Positions 51,022-61,150 of a stretch of DNA of 64,000 nt are shown here, in pieces; positions within the stretch are counted from its first letter, which is position 1; the number at the start of each line of letters is the position of its first letter. The notes beneath the pieces are model-generated. The model was not told where the DNA came from and did not search any database. It saw only the letters and a list, made by a program, of their open reading frames with translations. The position numbers and the translations under genes were made by a program. The DNA comes from Spirochaetaceae bacterium (GTDB taxonomy: Bacteria > Spirochaetota > Spirochaetia > DSM-2461). Location of the stretch: assembly GCA_051531975.1 (NCBI GenBank), contig JAOPTT010000002.1, positions 441,968 through 505,967 of the forward strand, read 5' to 3'.

Positions 51022-52734
51022 TTAAATTTGGCTTTTTATATATTCAATAATATCATTTTTATAATAAAAACCTGTATTTTTTATTGGACTCTTTTCATGT
51101 ATATCAATGGAATTAATATCTGCTCCTTTTTTAATTAGGAATTTAAAAACATCTATACTGTTACAAGCTGCATAATGTAATGGTTGCTTATCCAATATAG
51201 TTTCTGAATGAATATTTACATCATGATCTAGTAAATACTTTAGGACTGAATTACAACCCAAAAGTGCTGCAAAGTGAATAGGTTGTTCACCATCTGTATT
51301 AGTTGAATGTATATCTGCACCCTGCTCTACTAATAAATTGAAATTATTAGGGTCATCTGATTTAGCAGCAAAATGAATAGGTTGCTCACCTTTTAAGGTT
51401 TTAACATTTACATCAACTCCTTCCTCAATAAAATATTGTAAATTATCTAAAGATGAACTACACGCTGCCATGTGCATTGGTTGTTTTCCTTCAAAATCTA
51501 ATGATTTTATATCGGCTCCATTTTCAACTAGTAGCTTTATTGTATCAACTTCCATAAATAAGGATACGTCATGTATCAGCTGGTCCCCATCATTATTCTT
51601 TATATTAATATTTGTACCATTTTCAATTAGAAATCTTATAGCACCATCATCTTTATTAAAATCTGAAAAACGTATTGGTGTATTATTATTAATATTCAAT
51701 GAATTTATATTTGCTCCATTCTTTAATAGATACTCCAATATTTTAAGATCTCTATAATGTTGTACTGCATAATGAATAGGCTGTTTTCCTTTATCATCTT
51801 TTGACGAAATATTTCCACCATGGACTACTAGATACTTTAATATTTCCAGGTTATTAACAGCATAGTGTATTGGTAAACAACCATCGTTATCCTTAGAATG
51901 TATATCCGCACCCTGATCTATTAAATACTTAAAGTCAACGATGGAACCACTTGCTTGGTGATGAATTAATTGCATACCCTCATTATCTCTAAAATGAATA
52001 TCTGCGCCATTTTTAATAAGAATTTTAATAATCTCAAAATCGAATGTATCCATGAATGGAGCTTTACCATCAGTTCCTTTGGAATTAACATCAGCCCCTA
52101 AGTCTATTAAATACTTAAGAATATCAGTATTACTTAGGTTGTTAACAGCAAAATGGATAGGTTGTTGTTCATCAATTGATCTAGAATGAATATCAGCCCC
52201 CATACTTATGAGGTATTTTATAATTTCAATGCTTTCATTATCTGCACCATAATGAATTGGTTGATTTCTAAAGTTATCAATTGCAAAAATATTAGCACCC
52301 TTTTCTACCAAGTATTTAAATTTTTCTATATTCCCAAATGTAGCTGCAACATGTATAGGTTGTAAACCATTTTTATCTTTTGAGTCTATATTTGCACCTT
52401 GTTCAAGTAAAAATTTTAAGATGTCTAAATTATCATTTCTTGATGCATAGTGAACAGGTTGCTCATTTCTGCTATTTTGAGAATGTATATCAGCACCATT
52501 TTGTTCAAGATATTTAATGATACTAAGATCGTTATTCATTGCAGCTTCATGTATTAGGTTGTCCCAAGGATAAAAATATTCATTTGTAATGATCCTCTTG
52601 TTAATATCAAAGCCTTCTGATATCAAAAGTTTTAAATCTTCAAGTTCTATAGTATCTATCCTTTTTATTATTTTATAATCTTCTTCTGAAAACTTTTCAA
52701 TTGAGTTTATTTCTAATTCTTTTTTTTCTATCAT
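51022..52734 (-). CDS. ankyrin repeat protein
   Basis: repeated G.QPIH.AA...KYL...GADI units. Confidence 0.95.
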   Translation of the reverse strand: MIEKKELEINSIEKFSEEDYKIIKRIDTIELEDLKLLISEGFDINKRIITNEYFYPWDNLIHEAAMNNDLSIIKYLEQNGADIHSQNSRNEQPVHYASRNDNLDILKFLLEQGANIDSKDKNGLQPIHVAATFGNIEKFKYLVEKGANIFAIDNFRNQPIHYGADNESIEIIKYLISMGADIHSRSIDEQQPIHFAVNNLSNTDILKYLIDLGADVNSKGTDGKAPFMDTFDFEIIKILIKNGADIHFRDNEGMQLIHHQASGSIVDFKYLIDQGADIHSKDNDGCLPIHYAVNNLEILKYLVVHGGNISSKDDKGKQPIHYAVQHYRDLKILEYLLKNGANINSLNINNNTPIRFSDFNKDDGAIRFLIENGTNINIKNNDGDQLIHDVSLFMEVDTIKLLVENGADIKSLDFEGKQPMHMAACSSSLDNLQYFIEEGVDVNVKTLKGEQPIHFAAKSDDPNNFNLLVEQGADIHSTNTDGEQPIHFAALLGCNSVLKYLLDHDVNIHSETILDKQPLHYAACNSIDVFKFLIKKGADINSIDIHEKSPIKNTGFYYKNDIIEYIKSQI

Positions 52735-52843
52735 GTTGAATCCTTATATATATTTAAATAAATTTAGATAAATTAAACACAAAGTAGATTTGTTTGTAAC
52801 TTCTCAAGCAACTATTTTATTGTTTTAGTATAATGAAGTGTGT

Positions 52844-52858
52844 CGAAAGAATGTTTCG
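52844..52858. promoter_or_regulatory. candidate WYL-regulator operator in the divergent promoter region
   Basis: CGAAA-GAATG-TTTCG dyad between the divergent starts at 52734 and 52909. Confidence 0.35.
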
Positions 52859-52908
52859 TATTAAAATTATTTGTTGAATAATACTCTTTTGAGCTATAAG
52901 CTATATTT

Positions 52909-53817
52909 ATGTCAAAAAACTATGAAGGTGTTGCTGAAAGATTTGCAATAATCCTAAATGAATTAAATATATCAGAGAAAGTACATATAAATAGATTAGT
53001 AGAGGTTACAGGAAGTGATATTCGAAATATTCAAATGGACCTTAATCAGAGATTAAAAGACCCATTTAAAATAGAAACTGATAGAAAAGGGAATTACTGG
53101 TTAGATAAAAAATATCAGGGTTTATATACATCTGAAGAATTAAAAGAGTTTGCTAAAATTGCTGGAATATCAGAGATTTTTCCAGAATTCGATAGTAATT
53201 TCCTTAGAAGCATTATTGATAAAAATATCACCAATTCATTTTTAATTAGACCTCAGTATAAAGATAGGATATATGATAATCATAATTTCAAACTGTTAGT
53301 TGATGCAATAGATAATAGATGCAATATATATTTTAGTTACATAACTAAAAAAAGAAAAACATATGATGTTAGTCCATATAAATTAGTAAATATGTATGGG
53401 CATTGGTATCTGTGTGGAACTCATAATGGAATATTAAAAACGTATAAATTTTCAAAACTTGAGAATATCCATAAAAACAATAATAAGTTTGATTTTAAAG
53501 AATCGGTATTAAATGAGATTGAAAAGTCCGACACAATCTGGATTAGCAATAGAGATGATAGGCAAAATAAGAATATAAAAATAAGAACAAAACCGGAGTT
53601 CACACAATATTTCAAGGAAAATATAACGATACCTGGAGAAATTAATAGATCTGATGAAGAAGATGGATCATTAATTATTACTTTAGAAGCCAATGTTAGT
53701 TATGAAATATTATCTATTATCAAGTGTTGGATACCACGAATAGAAATTGTAGAACCAACTGAACTTAAAGTAGAGTTAAAAGAACAACTAACTGAGTATT
53801 TAAATGAATTAAATTAG
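52909..53817 (+). CDS. WYL-domain transcriptional regulator (wHTH-WYL-WCX)
   Basis: RNIQMDL wHTH; VSPYKLVNMYGHWYLCG; KTYKFSKL; WIPRIEIVEPTEL. Confidence 0.92.
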   Translation: MSKNYEGVAERFAIILNELNISEKVHINRLVEVTGSDIRNIQMDLNQRLKDPFKIETDRKGNYWLDKKYQGLYTSEELKEFAKIAGISEIFPEFDSNFLRSIIDKNITNSFLIRPQYKDRIYDNHNFKLLVDAIDNRCNIYFSYITKKRKTYDVSPYKLVNMYGHWYLCGTHNGILKTYKFSKLENIHKNNNKFDFKESVLNEIEKSDTIWISNRDDRQNKNIKIRTKPEFTQYFKENITIPGEINRSDEEDGSLIITLEANVSYEILSIIKCWIPRIEIVEPTELKVELKEQLTEYLNELN

Positions 53818-53861
53818 ATTAGTAAATAAGAAACAGTTCGGTTATAAATTCCTTTATAATT

Positions 53862-53897
53862 AAACTGACTGCAGTATTCATGTTCTGTAGTTAGTTT
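53862..53897. terminator. hairpin between convergent genes, diverged copy of 45874-45907
   Basis: AAACTGACTGCAG-N10-CTGTAGTTAGTTT (G-U compatible on the + strand), followed by a T run. Confidence 0.55.
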
Positions 53898-53938
53898 TTA
53901 AATATTTCTACAAATTATAATGTTGCATAATTTATTCA

Positions 53939-54673
53939 TCATATCTTTTTAATAATTATAATAAGTCTATTTATATCTTTTCTTAACTCTGTAATTTCAC
54001 CTAGATTACTTATCATATCATCAACAACAATTTCATTATTATCAGGATCACTAATGCAAAACTTATTTCCTACAGTATAAAAATTCCATTGATGTAAACC
54101 ATAATAACTAGCACATTCACCTTCTTTGTAGAAATGGTTTAAATAGAAGAAATGATCAGATTTTAATACCTTTAGACACTCTTTTATAGTGTAGATAGGA
54201 TTGTAAGTATGATCTATAGAATTCCTTGCATGTACTAAATCAAAAGAGTTTTCTTGAAATAAATCAGTTAGAGACTCTCCTAATCCATATTCAGTATAGA
54301 CCGGTGGAATCAGTTTCAAGTTATCTAGTATCCTTCTATATTTTGTAGCTTGCGGATCAATAGGAATTAATACAATTGGTTTATTCATGTAAGTTTTACC
54401 TACCTTACTAATTGGTCCTGCACCTATATCTAAGACTTGAGGAGGCGTTTCGTAATCATGATTATCTAATAGTTCGACAAGATCATTTTGAAGTGGTGAA
54501 TCTTCTTTAAAATGAACCGAAAGCTTCTTTATATTCTTTACTAAGTTTAATTCATGGAACTCAGATCCAACTAACAAAATAGCTAGCTTCCACTTAATGT
54601 ACTTGCTAAGACTTGACGGTATAAGATATGGGAAAATATATTTATATAAAATCAAATAAAGTCTATTTTTCAT
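53939..54673 (-). CDS. class I SAM-dependent methyltransferase
   Basis: VLDIGAGP, IDP, FDLVHARNSIDH, VLK. Confidence 0.85.
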   Translation of the reverse strand: MKNRLYLILYKYIFPYLIPSSLSKYIKWKLAILLVGSEFHELNLVKNIKKLSVHFKEDSPLQNDLVELLDNHDYETPPQVLDIGAGPISKVGKTYMNKPIVLIPIDPQATKYRRILDNLKLIPPVYTEYGLGESLTDLFQENSFDLVHARNSIDHTYNPIYTIKECLKVLKSDHFFYLNHFYKEGECASYYGLHQWNFYTVGNKFCISDPDNNEIVVDDMISNLGEITELRKDINRLIIIIKKI

Positions 54674-54688
54674 AAATTCTCTATCATC

Positions 54689-57676
54689 CTATTTCATAGG
54701 TTTATCTAGTTGTAGTAACCTAGAAACAATATCTTTTCTTATTCTTTTATTAGCATTACTCTTTGGATTTTTTTGATCATAAAAATATAGATAATCATCA
54801 ATTTCAACAACCTTATTAGCCATCTCTACAATTGGTAACATAGTAATCATGTCTGTTGCATAAGGAGAATAAGAATCATTAAAATAGAAATAATCTTCCG
54901 GTATTTTATCAAATAGTTTTTTAGCAAAACTAAGTAGATGTGCCCAGTTATTTCCAATATCAGGCTTTCTTAAGTCGTATAGCCTTCTTTGGTATATCTT
55001 TAGTGGTTTATCAGGTCTGTACATTCCTCCTAACACCACATCGGCTCCATTCTCAAACTCTTCAGATACCTGAGTAAGTACCTCACTATTAAAAAAAGCA
55101 TCATCAGAATCTAAAATTACAATTCTTGAGTGCGGGTTAATGCATATAGTTTTTATGGCAAAAATTAAGTTTTCTAATCTACCTTTAGCAAATGAATTTC
55201 TAATTAGTGTAATATTCTTTAGTAGCGGTTGGACCTTATATAGTAAATCCTTTTGGAATTGTAAGTTCGAAGCATCATCTATTATTACAGCTCCCCAGCT
55301 TCTATATGTCTGTGATTTTAGACTGGTAAAGAATCTTTCGAAATCTATTATATTCTGATTACCACCAATCGATATAACGATTAAATCTTCTTCTCTATGA
55401 GAATAGCTCCAATCGGTAAGAGATCCTTTCAGATTCCATTCATTAAACTGTGTAGAAGGGAAGTATCCCTGCTCTACCAAATCTTGTATTTGTAAATAAC
55501 TACTTTTGTCTACTTTATGTTTATTTTCTGGATGTATGCAGTAAGTTCTAGGATCACCACCCCTTAATGACTTCCAACCTGTTTCATTTTGAAATTTCTC
55601 GATAGACCTATGCCACATAAGTTTTAACAAATCACCATCCATACTATTTGGTAATGGTCTTATACTTTTTAATTTATCTAGATCTATTAGACAGAGAGGA
55701 ATATCAGGGGCATACTCCCCTTCTTCTGCAAAATAGGAAACAATAGGATCATCAATGTATTTAGCTGTATTAAGTCCACAACTTATAGTGTTACTCTCCT
55801 GTAAAGCTGATCTCATAGGTCCTAAATAGTCAATCCACTCTTCAGAACGGAAAACTAGCATATCTACATCCACTTGTAAAAGAAAAGATGTCCTTATATT
55901 GTCAAATGCCCATAACTGAGAAAATAGAGGTGCATTTGAACTTGTATGAGTTTTAGTTGAGTCTAAACAATACCAATTAATATATGTTTCAGCTATCTTT
56001 GTATTATCATCATTAGGTGCAATAATATATTCATCTATTATCTGCATAGATTTAAGTCTTTCTAAGGTATCTAATAAGTACGAATAATTCCCATCTCTAT
56101 ACTGTCTTAGAAAGTTGTTTTTTTTGGGATCGACCAAAACTATAATTGATTGAAAATTATGTCTTCTTCCTAATTGATTAGTTAAATGAACAATTTGATT
56201 TTCTACTAGATGACTATCCATAGCACATGTTTTTATTAAAAAAGTTGTATCAAGATAGTCATAAATGGCCTTAGTTGATGGACATTCATTCGAACTGATA
56301 TTATCCTTAAAAATTAAATCTAAAGTACTTCTATAAAAATCTTCAAAACCATAAATACATTTCAATTCTGTCTCATCATTTCTAAAAATATGAGTACGAA
56401 CCTTTAAAGTAAAATCATCATCTTCCAGGATAAACAGTTGATATAACCTTGCGCACATATCCCTAAAATATTTCATTTTGAAATTATTGATATCTAATCC
56501 TAAATCAATATAGATTAAATCCCCATTATCAGTAACTCTTATATTTTTATATGCGATATTATGGCAAACAACTCTGGCTTCATAACAATTTTTAATAAAT
56601 TCAGTAACTTTTATATTGGATATATTAGTAACTGTCTTAGTATTTATATAATCATAACTAATAGTTTGAGATCTATTATCCGCAGAAATATTAGGATAGA
56701 AGTGATCAAGTTTTTTATATAAATCTATCCTACTAGTTATGAAGTTAAATGAATCTCTTTTATATATTTTTTTTGTGACTCTTCCACACTCATAAGAAAC
56801 TATACCTTCACAACCCCATCCTAAGATGATCTTATCAGACTTAGGGATACTGCCATTAATCCAATATTTAGCAGATTTCATCAGCTTAGTTCTAATATCT
56901 TTATATAAATTATTACATCTGTTACTTGTTGTTATATCACCATTTAGGGTGTAATTAGAATAAATAACATCATCTAATAGAAGACCATATTTTTTATAGT
57001 TTATTAAAAGAAAAGCTAATAGGAAGTGATCTTCAGCACTGGCGATATCAGGATATAATAAACCTAAATCTCTATGAAGCCATAAATTGCATGAACATAA
57101 CTCAGCCTCACATTTTAGAATCCTCATATCATCTAACCTATTTAATAAATATTTATCATCTGTTAGATCTTGTATTGCCATGTTAGGAATTTCCAGAACC
57201 TTACCATTAATATTTTGCACATTCCCTGAAAGCACCCAGTAAATATTTCCTTTATTACGATTAATATGTTTGTAACAATTTTCTATTGAGTTCTCATCAT
57301 ACAAAGTATCATCTGAGTCTAATCTTGAGAACCAAATAGCATCTGGGAAAAACTCTTTAGATTTCTCTAAAAGATTATTTCTAACATTAAATACAGAATC
57401 AAAAACTCCACTTAAAATTACAACTTTAGAATTTGGTAATAGGTCAGCTATACAATCCTTCCAATTATCAGTTGAATCATCATCTGCAATAAGTAAGGCT
57501 ATATGTTTAGTGGAGATTTGATTTAATACTGACAATATTGAGTTTCGAACTGTTTTTATGGAGTTATGAACTGCCATGCATACTACGTGATCAGCATTAA
57601 AAACTCTACTATCACTCCATTCTAATAATCCTTTACAAGAAGAGTTTGAAGAAATCAAAATATCTCTACTTCTCAC
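54689..57676 (-). CDS. multidomain glycosyltransferase: GT2 - kinase-like - GT-A-like - GT2
   Basis: AVHN...DDDSTD...RLDSDD; LGWGCEGIV...HNIAYKNI...IYIDLG; LQVDVDM; IDDAS...ILDSDD. Confidence 0.75.
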   Translation of the reverse strand: MRSRDILISSNSSCKGLLEWSDSRVFNADHVVCMAVHNSIKTVRNSILSVLNQISTKHIALLIADDDSTDNWKDCIADLLPNSKVVILSGVFDSVFNVRNNLLEKSKEFFPDAIWFSRLDSDDTLYDENSIENCYKHINRNKGNIYWVLSGNVQNINGKVLEIPNMAIQDLTDDKYLLNRLDDMRILKCEAELCSCNLWLHRDLGLLYPDIASAEDHFLLAFLLINYKKYGLLLDDVIYSNYTLNGDITTSNRCNNLYKDIRTKLMKSAKYWINGSIPKSDKIILGWGCEGIVSYECGRVTKKIYKRDSFNFITSRIDLYKKLDHFYPNISADNRSQTISYDYINTKTVTNISNIKVTEFIKNCYEARVVCHNIAYKNIRVTDNGDLIYIDLGLDINNFKMKYFRDMCARLYQLFILEDDDFTLKVRTHIFRNDETELKCIYGFEDFYRSTLDLIFKDNISSNECPSTKAIYDYLDTTFLIKTCAMDSHLVENQIVHLTNQLGRRHNFQSIIVLVDPKKNNFLRQYRDGNYSYLLDTLERLKSMQIIDEYIIAPNDDNTKIAETYINWYCLDSTKTHTSSNAPLFSQLWAFDNIRTSFLLQVDVDMLVFRSEEWIDYLGPMRSALQESNTISCGLNTAKYIDDPIVSYFAEEGEYAPDIPLCLIDLDKLKSIRPLPNSMDGDLLKLMWHRSIEKFQNETGWKSLRGGDPRTYCIHPENKHKVDKSSYLQIQDLVEQGYFPSTQFNEWNLKGSLTDWSYSHREEDLIVISIGGNQNIIDFERFFTSLKSQTYRSWGAVIIDDASNLQFQKDLLYKVQPLLKNITLIRNSFAKGRLENLIFAIKTICINPHSRIVILDSDDAFFNSEVLTQVSEEFENGADVVLGGMYRPDKPLKIYQRRLYDLRKPDIGNNWAHLLSFAKKLFDKIPEDYFYFNDSYSPYATDMITMLPIVEMANKVVEIDDYLYFYDQKNPKSNANKRIRKDIVSRLLQLDKPMK

Positions 57677-59342
57677 AAACTTCTCCTTTTGAATATAGAT
57701 ACTTCCAAGTTTTTGATATAACTCTTTTATTCTTAGTTAAGCTAAGTTGTTTGGGTATATATTCTTGATTATTGAATTTTCCACAATATTTACAAAACTT
57801 ATTTAATAAATCTTCCATATTATCATCTGGTTTGGGAAGTTTTACTCTACCATAACTCCAATCAAAGAAACGATCGATACTACCTGACACAGCACAAGGA
57901 TAATACCTACCATTTGGAGACAATCCTAGACCGCAATAGTGAATATTTGAGCAACCATTTCTGTAGTTATGTAAGTGATGTGAAATTTTGTCCTTTGGAG
58001 CATCGTTAAAATTATAGAAATGATTTGTTTGCTTCATATGTTTTTTAGAATTTTCAATAAAGAAATATTTAGGAGTACTTAATAATTTCCTTTCAACATC
58101 ATTACCACTACCATTAGTAACAATGTCAATCTGAGTTGATGGGTATTTTAGCTTGTATTCTGTTAATATATCTAATACCTCAAAGTATTTTGAATGCAGA
58201 GTAGGTTCTCCCCCAAGGATACGAATTCTCTCCCAGACTCTATTATGCGTTATTGAGTCATGGACAAAATTTCTTAAAACCTGGGTATTCATCTCTATAA
58301 AAGATTTAATTTCATCACATGACCTATTACAACTAGTACAACTTAAATTGCAGTTATATGTAATATCAATTTCAATCTGTTTATGATTAACACTATATTT
58401 TCTTGGTACTAAAACATTGAGTTTAGATACTCTTATTTTAGACATAAAGTTCAGTGATCTATATTTTAAGTAATTTAATAGTTTTGATTTATTAGAGTTA
58501 TTTTTTATTGGAAAATAATCTTCTACATCAGAATTAATTGCTTCTAAAAAGAATAAAGCTCTTGGTACTAGAAACTTATCTTCAGCTCTATCCAAAAACC
58601 CCTGTTTTATCTCTTCACTCATTTTGGAGTTATGTTTTCTCCAAAATTGTAACAACCCAGCTTTCTTAGAAGGACTACCTTTTGTTGTTAATACAGTCCT
58701 ACCTGAATCAATTCTATAAAACATTGTTCTAACTCTAGTAACAGTACCTGAAAAGTTTTTATGTGAAATTGATCGTACTGCTAAGTCCCGATCATGTGTT
58801 GAAACTTGTTTCTCATCAAAACTTCCAACTTCTTTTAGAAAACTTAACTTCATGAATGTATTTGAACCCTGCCATCCAGGATTACCTTTTAAGAAATCGT
58901 TTACATCAATGTTTTGAACAATATTTTGACAACAACTAAAATTATCTTTAGTAACTTCAGTTCCACTAATAACTGTATTTATATCACTCTTTATATGACT
59001 TTCACATATGCTAATATGGTTATTGGTCCACTCATCATCATCATCTAAAATAGCAACCCAACCAGTTTCATCCATAAAATATAAAAAATCAATTCCAGTA
59101 TTCCAGTTTCCTGCCGCTCCAGGTGTATGAGAATTTTCTAAGTAAGTAATATTGAAATCAGAAAGCTCTTCTTGAAAAATCCTCTTATTAGCTGATTTAA
59201 CATCTTGATCAGTAGAATCATCTACTAAGACTACATAATCCGGTCTTCTATCTTGATTCAAAACTGATTTTAATGACCTATTTTTTAATAGTTCAGTTCT
59301 ATTAAATGTAGTTATTAAAACGTAGATCTTTTGTTTGTACAT
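57666..59342 (-). CDS. GT2 glycosyltransferase fused to a radical SAM domain with a Cys-rich C-terminus
   Basis: ITTFNR, VDDS, LDDDDEW; EIDITYNCNLSCTSC (CX3CX2C), GGEPTLH, TNG, YPC...CKYC. Confidence 0.85.
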   Translation of the reverse strand: MYKQKIYVLITTFNRTELLKNRSLKSVLNQDRRPDYVVLVDDSTDQDVKSANKRIFQEELSDFNITYLENSHTPGAAGNWNTGIDFLYFMDETGWVAILDDDDEWTNNHISICESHIKSDINTVISGTEVTKDNFSCCQNIVQNIDVNDFLKGNPGWQGSNTFMKLSFLKEVGSFDEKQVSTHDRDLAVRSISHKNFSGTVTRVRTMFYRIDSGRTVLTTKGSPSKKAGLLQFWRKHNSKMSEEIKQGFLDRAEDKFLVPRALFFLEAINSDVEDYFPIKNNSNKSKLLNYLKYRSLNFMSKIRVSKLNVLVPRKYSVNHKQIEIDITYNCNLSCTSCNRSCDEIKSFIEMNTQVLRNFVHDSITHNRVWERIRILGGEPTLHSKYFEVLDILTEYKLKYPSTQIDIVTNGSGNDVERKLLSTPKYFFIENSKKHMKQTNHFYNFNDAPKDKISHHLHNYRNGCSNIHYCGLGLSPNGRYYPCAVSGSIDRFFDWSYGRVKLPKPDDNMEDLLNKFCKYCGKFNNQEYIPKQLSLTKNKRVISKTWKYLYSKGEVCEK

Positions 59343-59351
59343 TTTTTCCTT

Positions 59352-59966
59352 TTAGCTTTCTTGTTTTATTTTTTTTAAAAATGAATATCTTATTAGATAT
59401 AAAAATGGAGTTAATAGTATTGCAAGACTAAATTTGATAATTATCTGCCCCATTATCATTGGTAATATGTTAATAGAAGAATAAAAAGCAATAAAAATAA
59501 ATAATATTGAGTCTATAATCTGTGAAATAGTAGTAGAACCTATCGATCTCAACCATAGATATTTGTTGTTAGTGAGTCTTTTAAAGAAATGAAACAACCA
59601 AACATCATTATATTGTGAAACGATGTATGCAATTACAGAAGCTATAATTATTCTACTATTAGTACCTATAAATGAATCAAAAATTTCATGATCATTCCAA
59701 AATGGTGCTGCTGGTAGTACTCTACTAACATGAGATAGTACCATACTGACAAGTAAGACAATAAATCCCATTTGTACAACAGATTTTGAAACCTTAGTCC
59801 CATATATTTCTGATATAACATCAGTTATTAAGTAAGTTATAGAGTATGCAATAATACCTGCGGGAGCATAGAAACCTGCTATATCAATTGTTTTATATGC
59901 TATAAAAGATGCTGTTATTAATGATGCTGAAAATATACCAGTCAAGTAAAGAAGTTTTCCATCCAA
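59352..59966 (-). CDS. queuosine precursor transporter (YhhQ/VUT family)
   Basis: YLITDVISEIYG, RIIIASVIAYIVSQYNDV, LWLRSIGST.ISQIIDS..F..IAF. Confidence 0.9.
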   Translation of the reverse strand: MDGKLLYLTGIFSASLITASFIAYKTIDIAGFYAPAGIIAYSITYLITDVISEIYGTKVSKSVVQMGFIVLLVSMVLSHVSRVLPAAPFWNDHEIFDSFIGTNSRIIIASVIAYIVSQYNDVWLFHFFKRLTNNKYLWLRSIGSTTISQIIDSILFIFIAFYSSINILPMIMGQIIIKFSLAILLTPFLYLIRYSFLKKIKQES

Positions 59967-60136
59967 TTTTTATATCTCCATTTTAAATAATAATTTATCG
60001 TATAATAAATGTAGAAAATCGTCAAATTGAAAGTTCACTATTTTTTTTTGAATATTGTAATAGATATCAAAGTAACAATAATTTTTTAGCTTTAAGATAT
60101 TATATTTTAAGAATATGGCTATCACAAAAATACTAA

Positions 60137-61114
60137 CTATTTCTTAGAAACATTCTGTCCCTTAATTTTTACCAAACCACGCTTTTCAGCAGCCTCAACT
60201 AACTTTTTTATCTTAGAATATCCATATGAACCTATATTAATTTTATTGTCTTTCAATTTTTGAGCTAGTAAAGAAAAATTTACACAATCTTTATTCGATT
60301 TAGCTAGAAGAGAATTCAAATGTTTAATTACTAATTTAAAAATAACAGGAATTGTTTCTACATTTTTTCCTATTTGAATAATATGACCCTTATCTTCACT
60401 AATTAATTTAATATCACTATATCTTTTCGTTAATTCAATGATTAAACTCTTCCATGTTTTATGATTAAGATCTTTCTCATTAAAATTTTCATTTAATAAT
60501 TTAACCCTTACTTTTACTGCACCCAATAAAGGTTTTTTATTTTTTTGTAACAACATTGCTACAGATTCTCGAACATTTTCAGCGGCTATATCATATGTTA
60601 ATTTTACATTATCACTATTATCTTGTCCCAGACTATCTTCTTCATTATTATTATCATAATCATCAGGGATGAGATCTCTATAATCTTTGTATGTATCTGC
60701 TAATTGTAATAAATCTTCACTTGCTGATTGAGAATCACAAATAATAACAATCTCTTTACCATGCTTTCTAAGTGTTATCAGCAGATGTCTAAAATCAACA
60801 TCTCCAGTTACTATAATAAATTTAGTTATATGAGGATACAAAAATAAAACTTCTATGGCATTTGAAACTAATTTATGATCGCTACTATTTTTTTTAGCAT
60901 TTGGAACATGAATCATTTCAAATGATTTATCAGCTAAAATTTCTGTTGTTTTTGAAACTTGTGATTTTGTCCAGTCAGCAAAAGCCGTTGCTAGTGTTAA
61001 CTTACCCATTTCACTGACATAATCTAATAAACCATGAACAAAGTCAGAATCAGTACTTGGTGTTACATTTTCAACATCCCAAAATATCGCAATGTTATCT
61101 AATTTCTCTTTCAT
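60137..61114 (-). CDS. NYN-domain (PIN-like) RNase with two LOTUS/OST-HTH-like domains
   Basis: AIFWDVENV, KNSSD, VTGDVDF, LRKHGK; FNEKDLN and YGYSKIKKLVE. Confidence 0.88.
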   Translation of the reverse strand: MKEKLDNIAIFWDVENVTPSTDSDFVHGLLDYVSEMGKLTLATAFADWTKSQVSKTTEILADKSFEMIHVPNAKKNSSDHKLVSNAIEVLFLYPHITKFIIVTGDVDFRHLLITLRKHGKEIVIICDSQSASEDLLQLADTYKDYRDLIPDDYDNNNEEDSLGQDNSDNVKLTYDIAAENVRESVAMLLQKNKKPLLGAVKVRVKLLNENFNEKDLNHKTWKSLIIELTKRYSDIKLISEDKGHIIQIGKNVETIPVIFKLVIKHLNSLLAKSNKDCVNFSLLAQKLKDNKINIGSYGYSKIKKLVEAAEKRGLVKIKGQNVSKK

Positions 61115-61150
61115 AAATACTCCAACCTCATATTGCCTAATTAGTGATAA

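Noticed and set aside
53939..59342. Ordinary LPS or capsule biosynthesis locus
   Set aside because: No wzx/wzy/ABC exporter or nucleotide-sugar enzymes, and the radical SAM and kinase-like fusions and YhhQ are atypical; not fully excluded
59967..60136. preQ1 riboswitch upstream of the YhhQ gene
   Set aside because: No AGAGGTTCTAG...CCCTCT-type preQ1-I aptamer visible on the minus strand; an Rfam scan would be decisive
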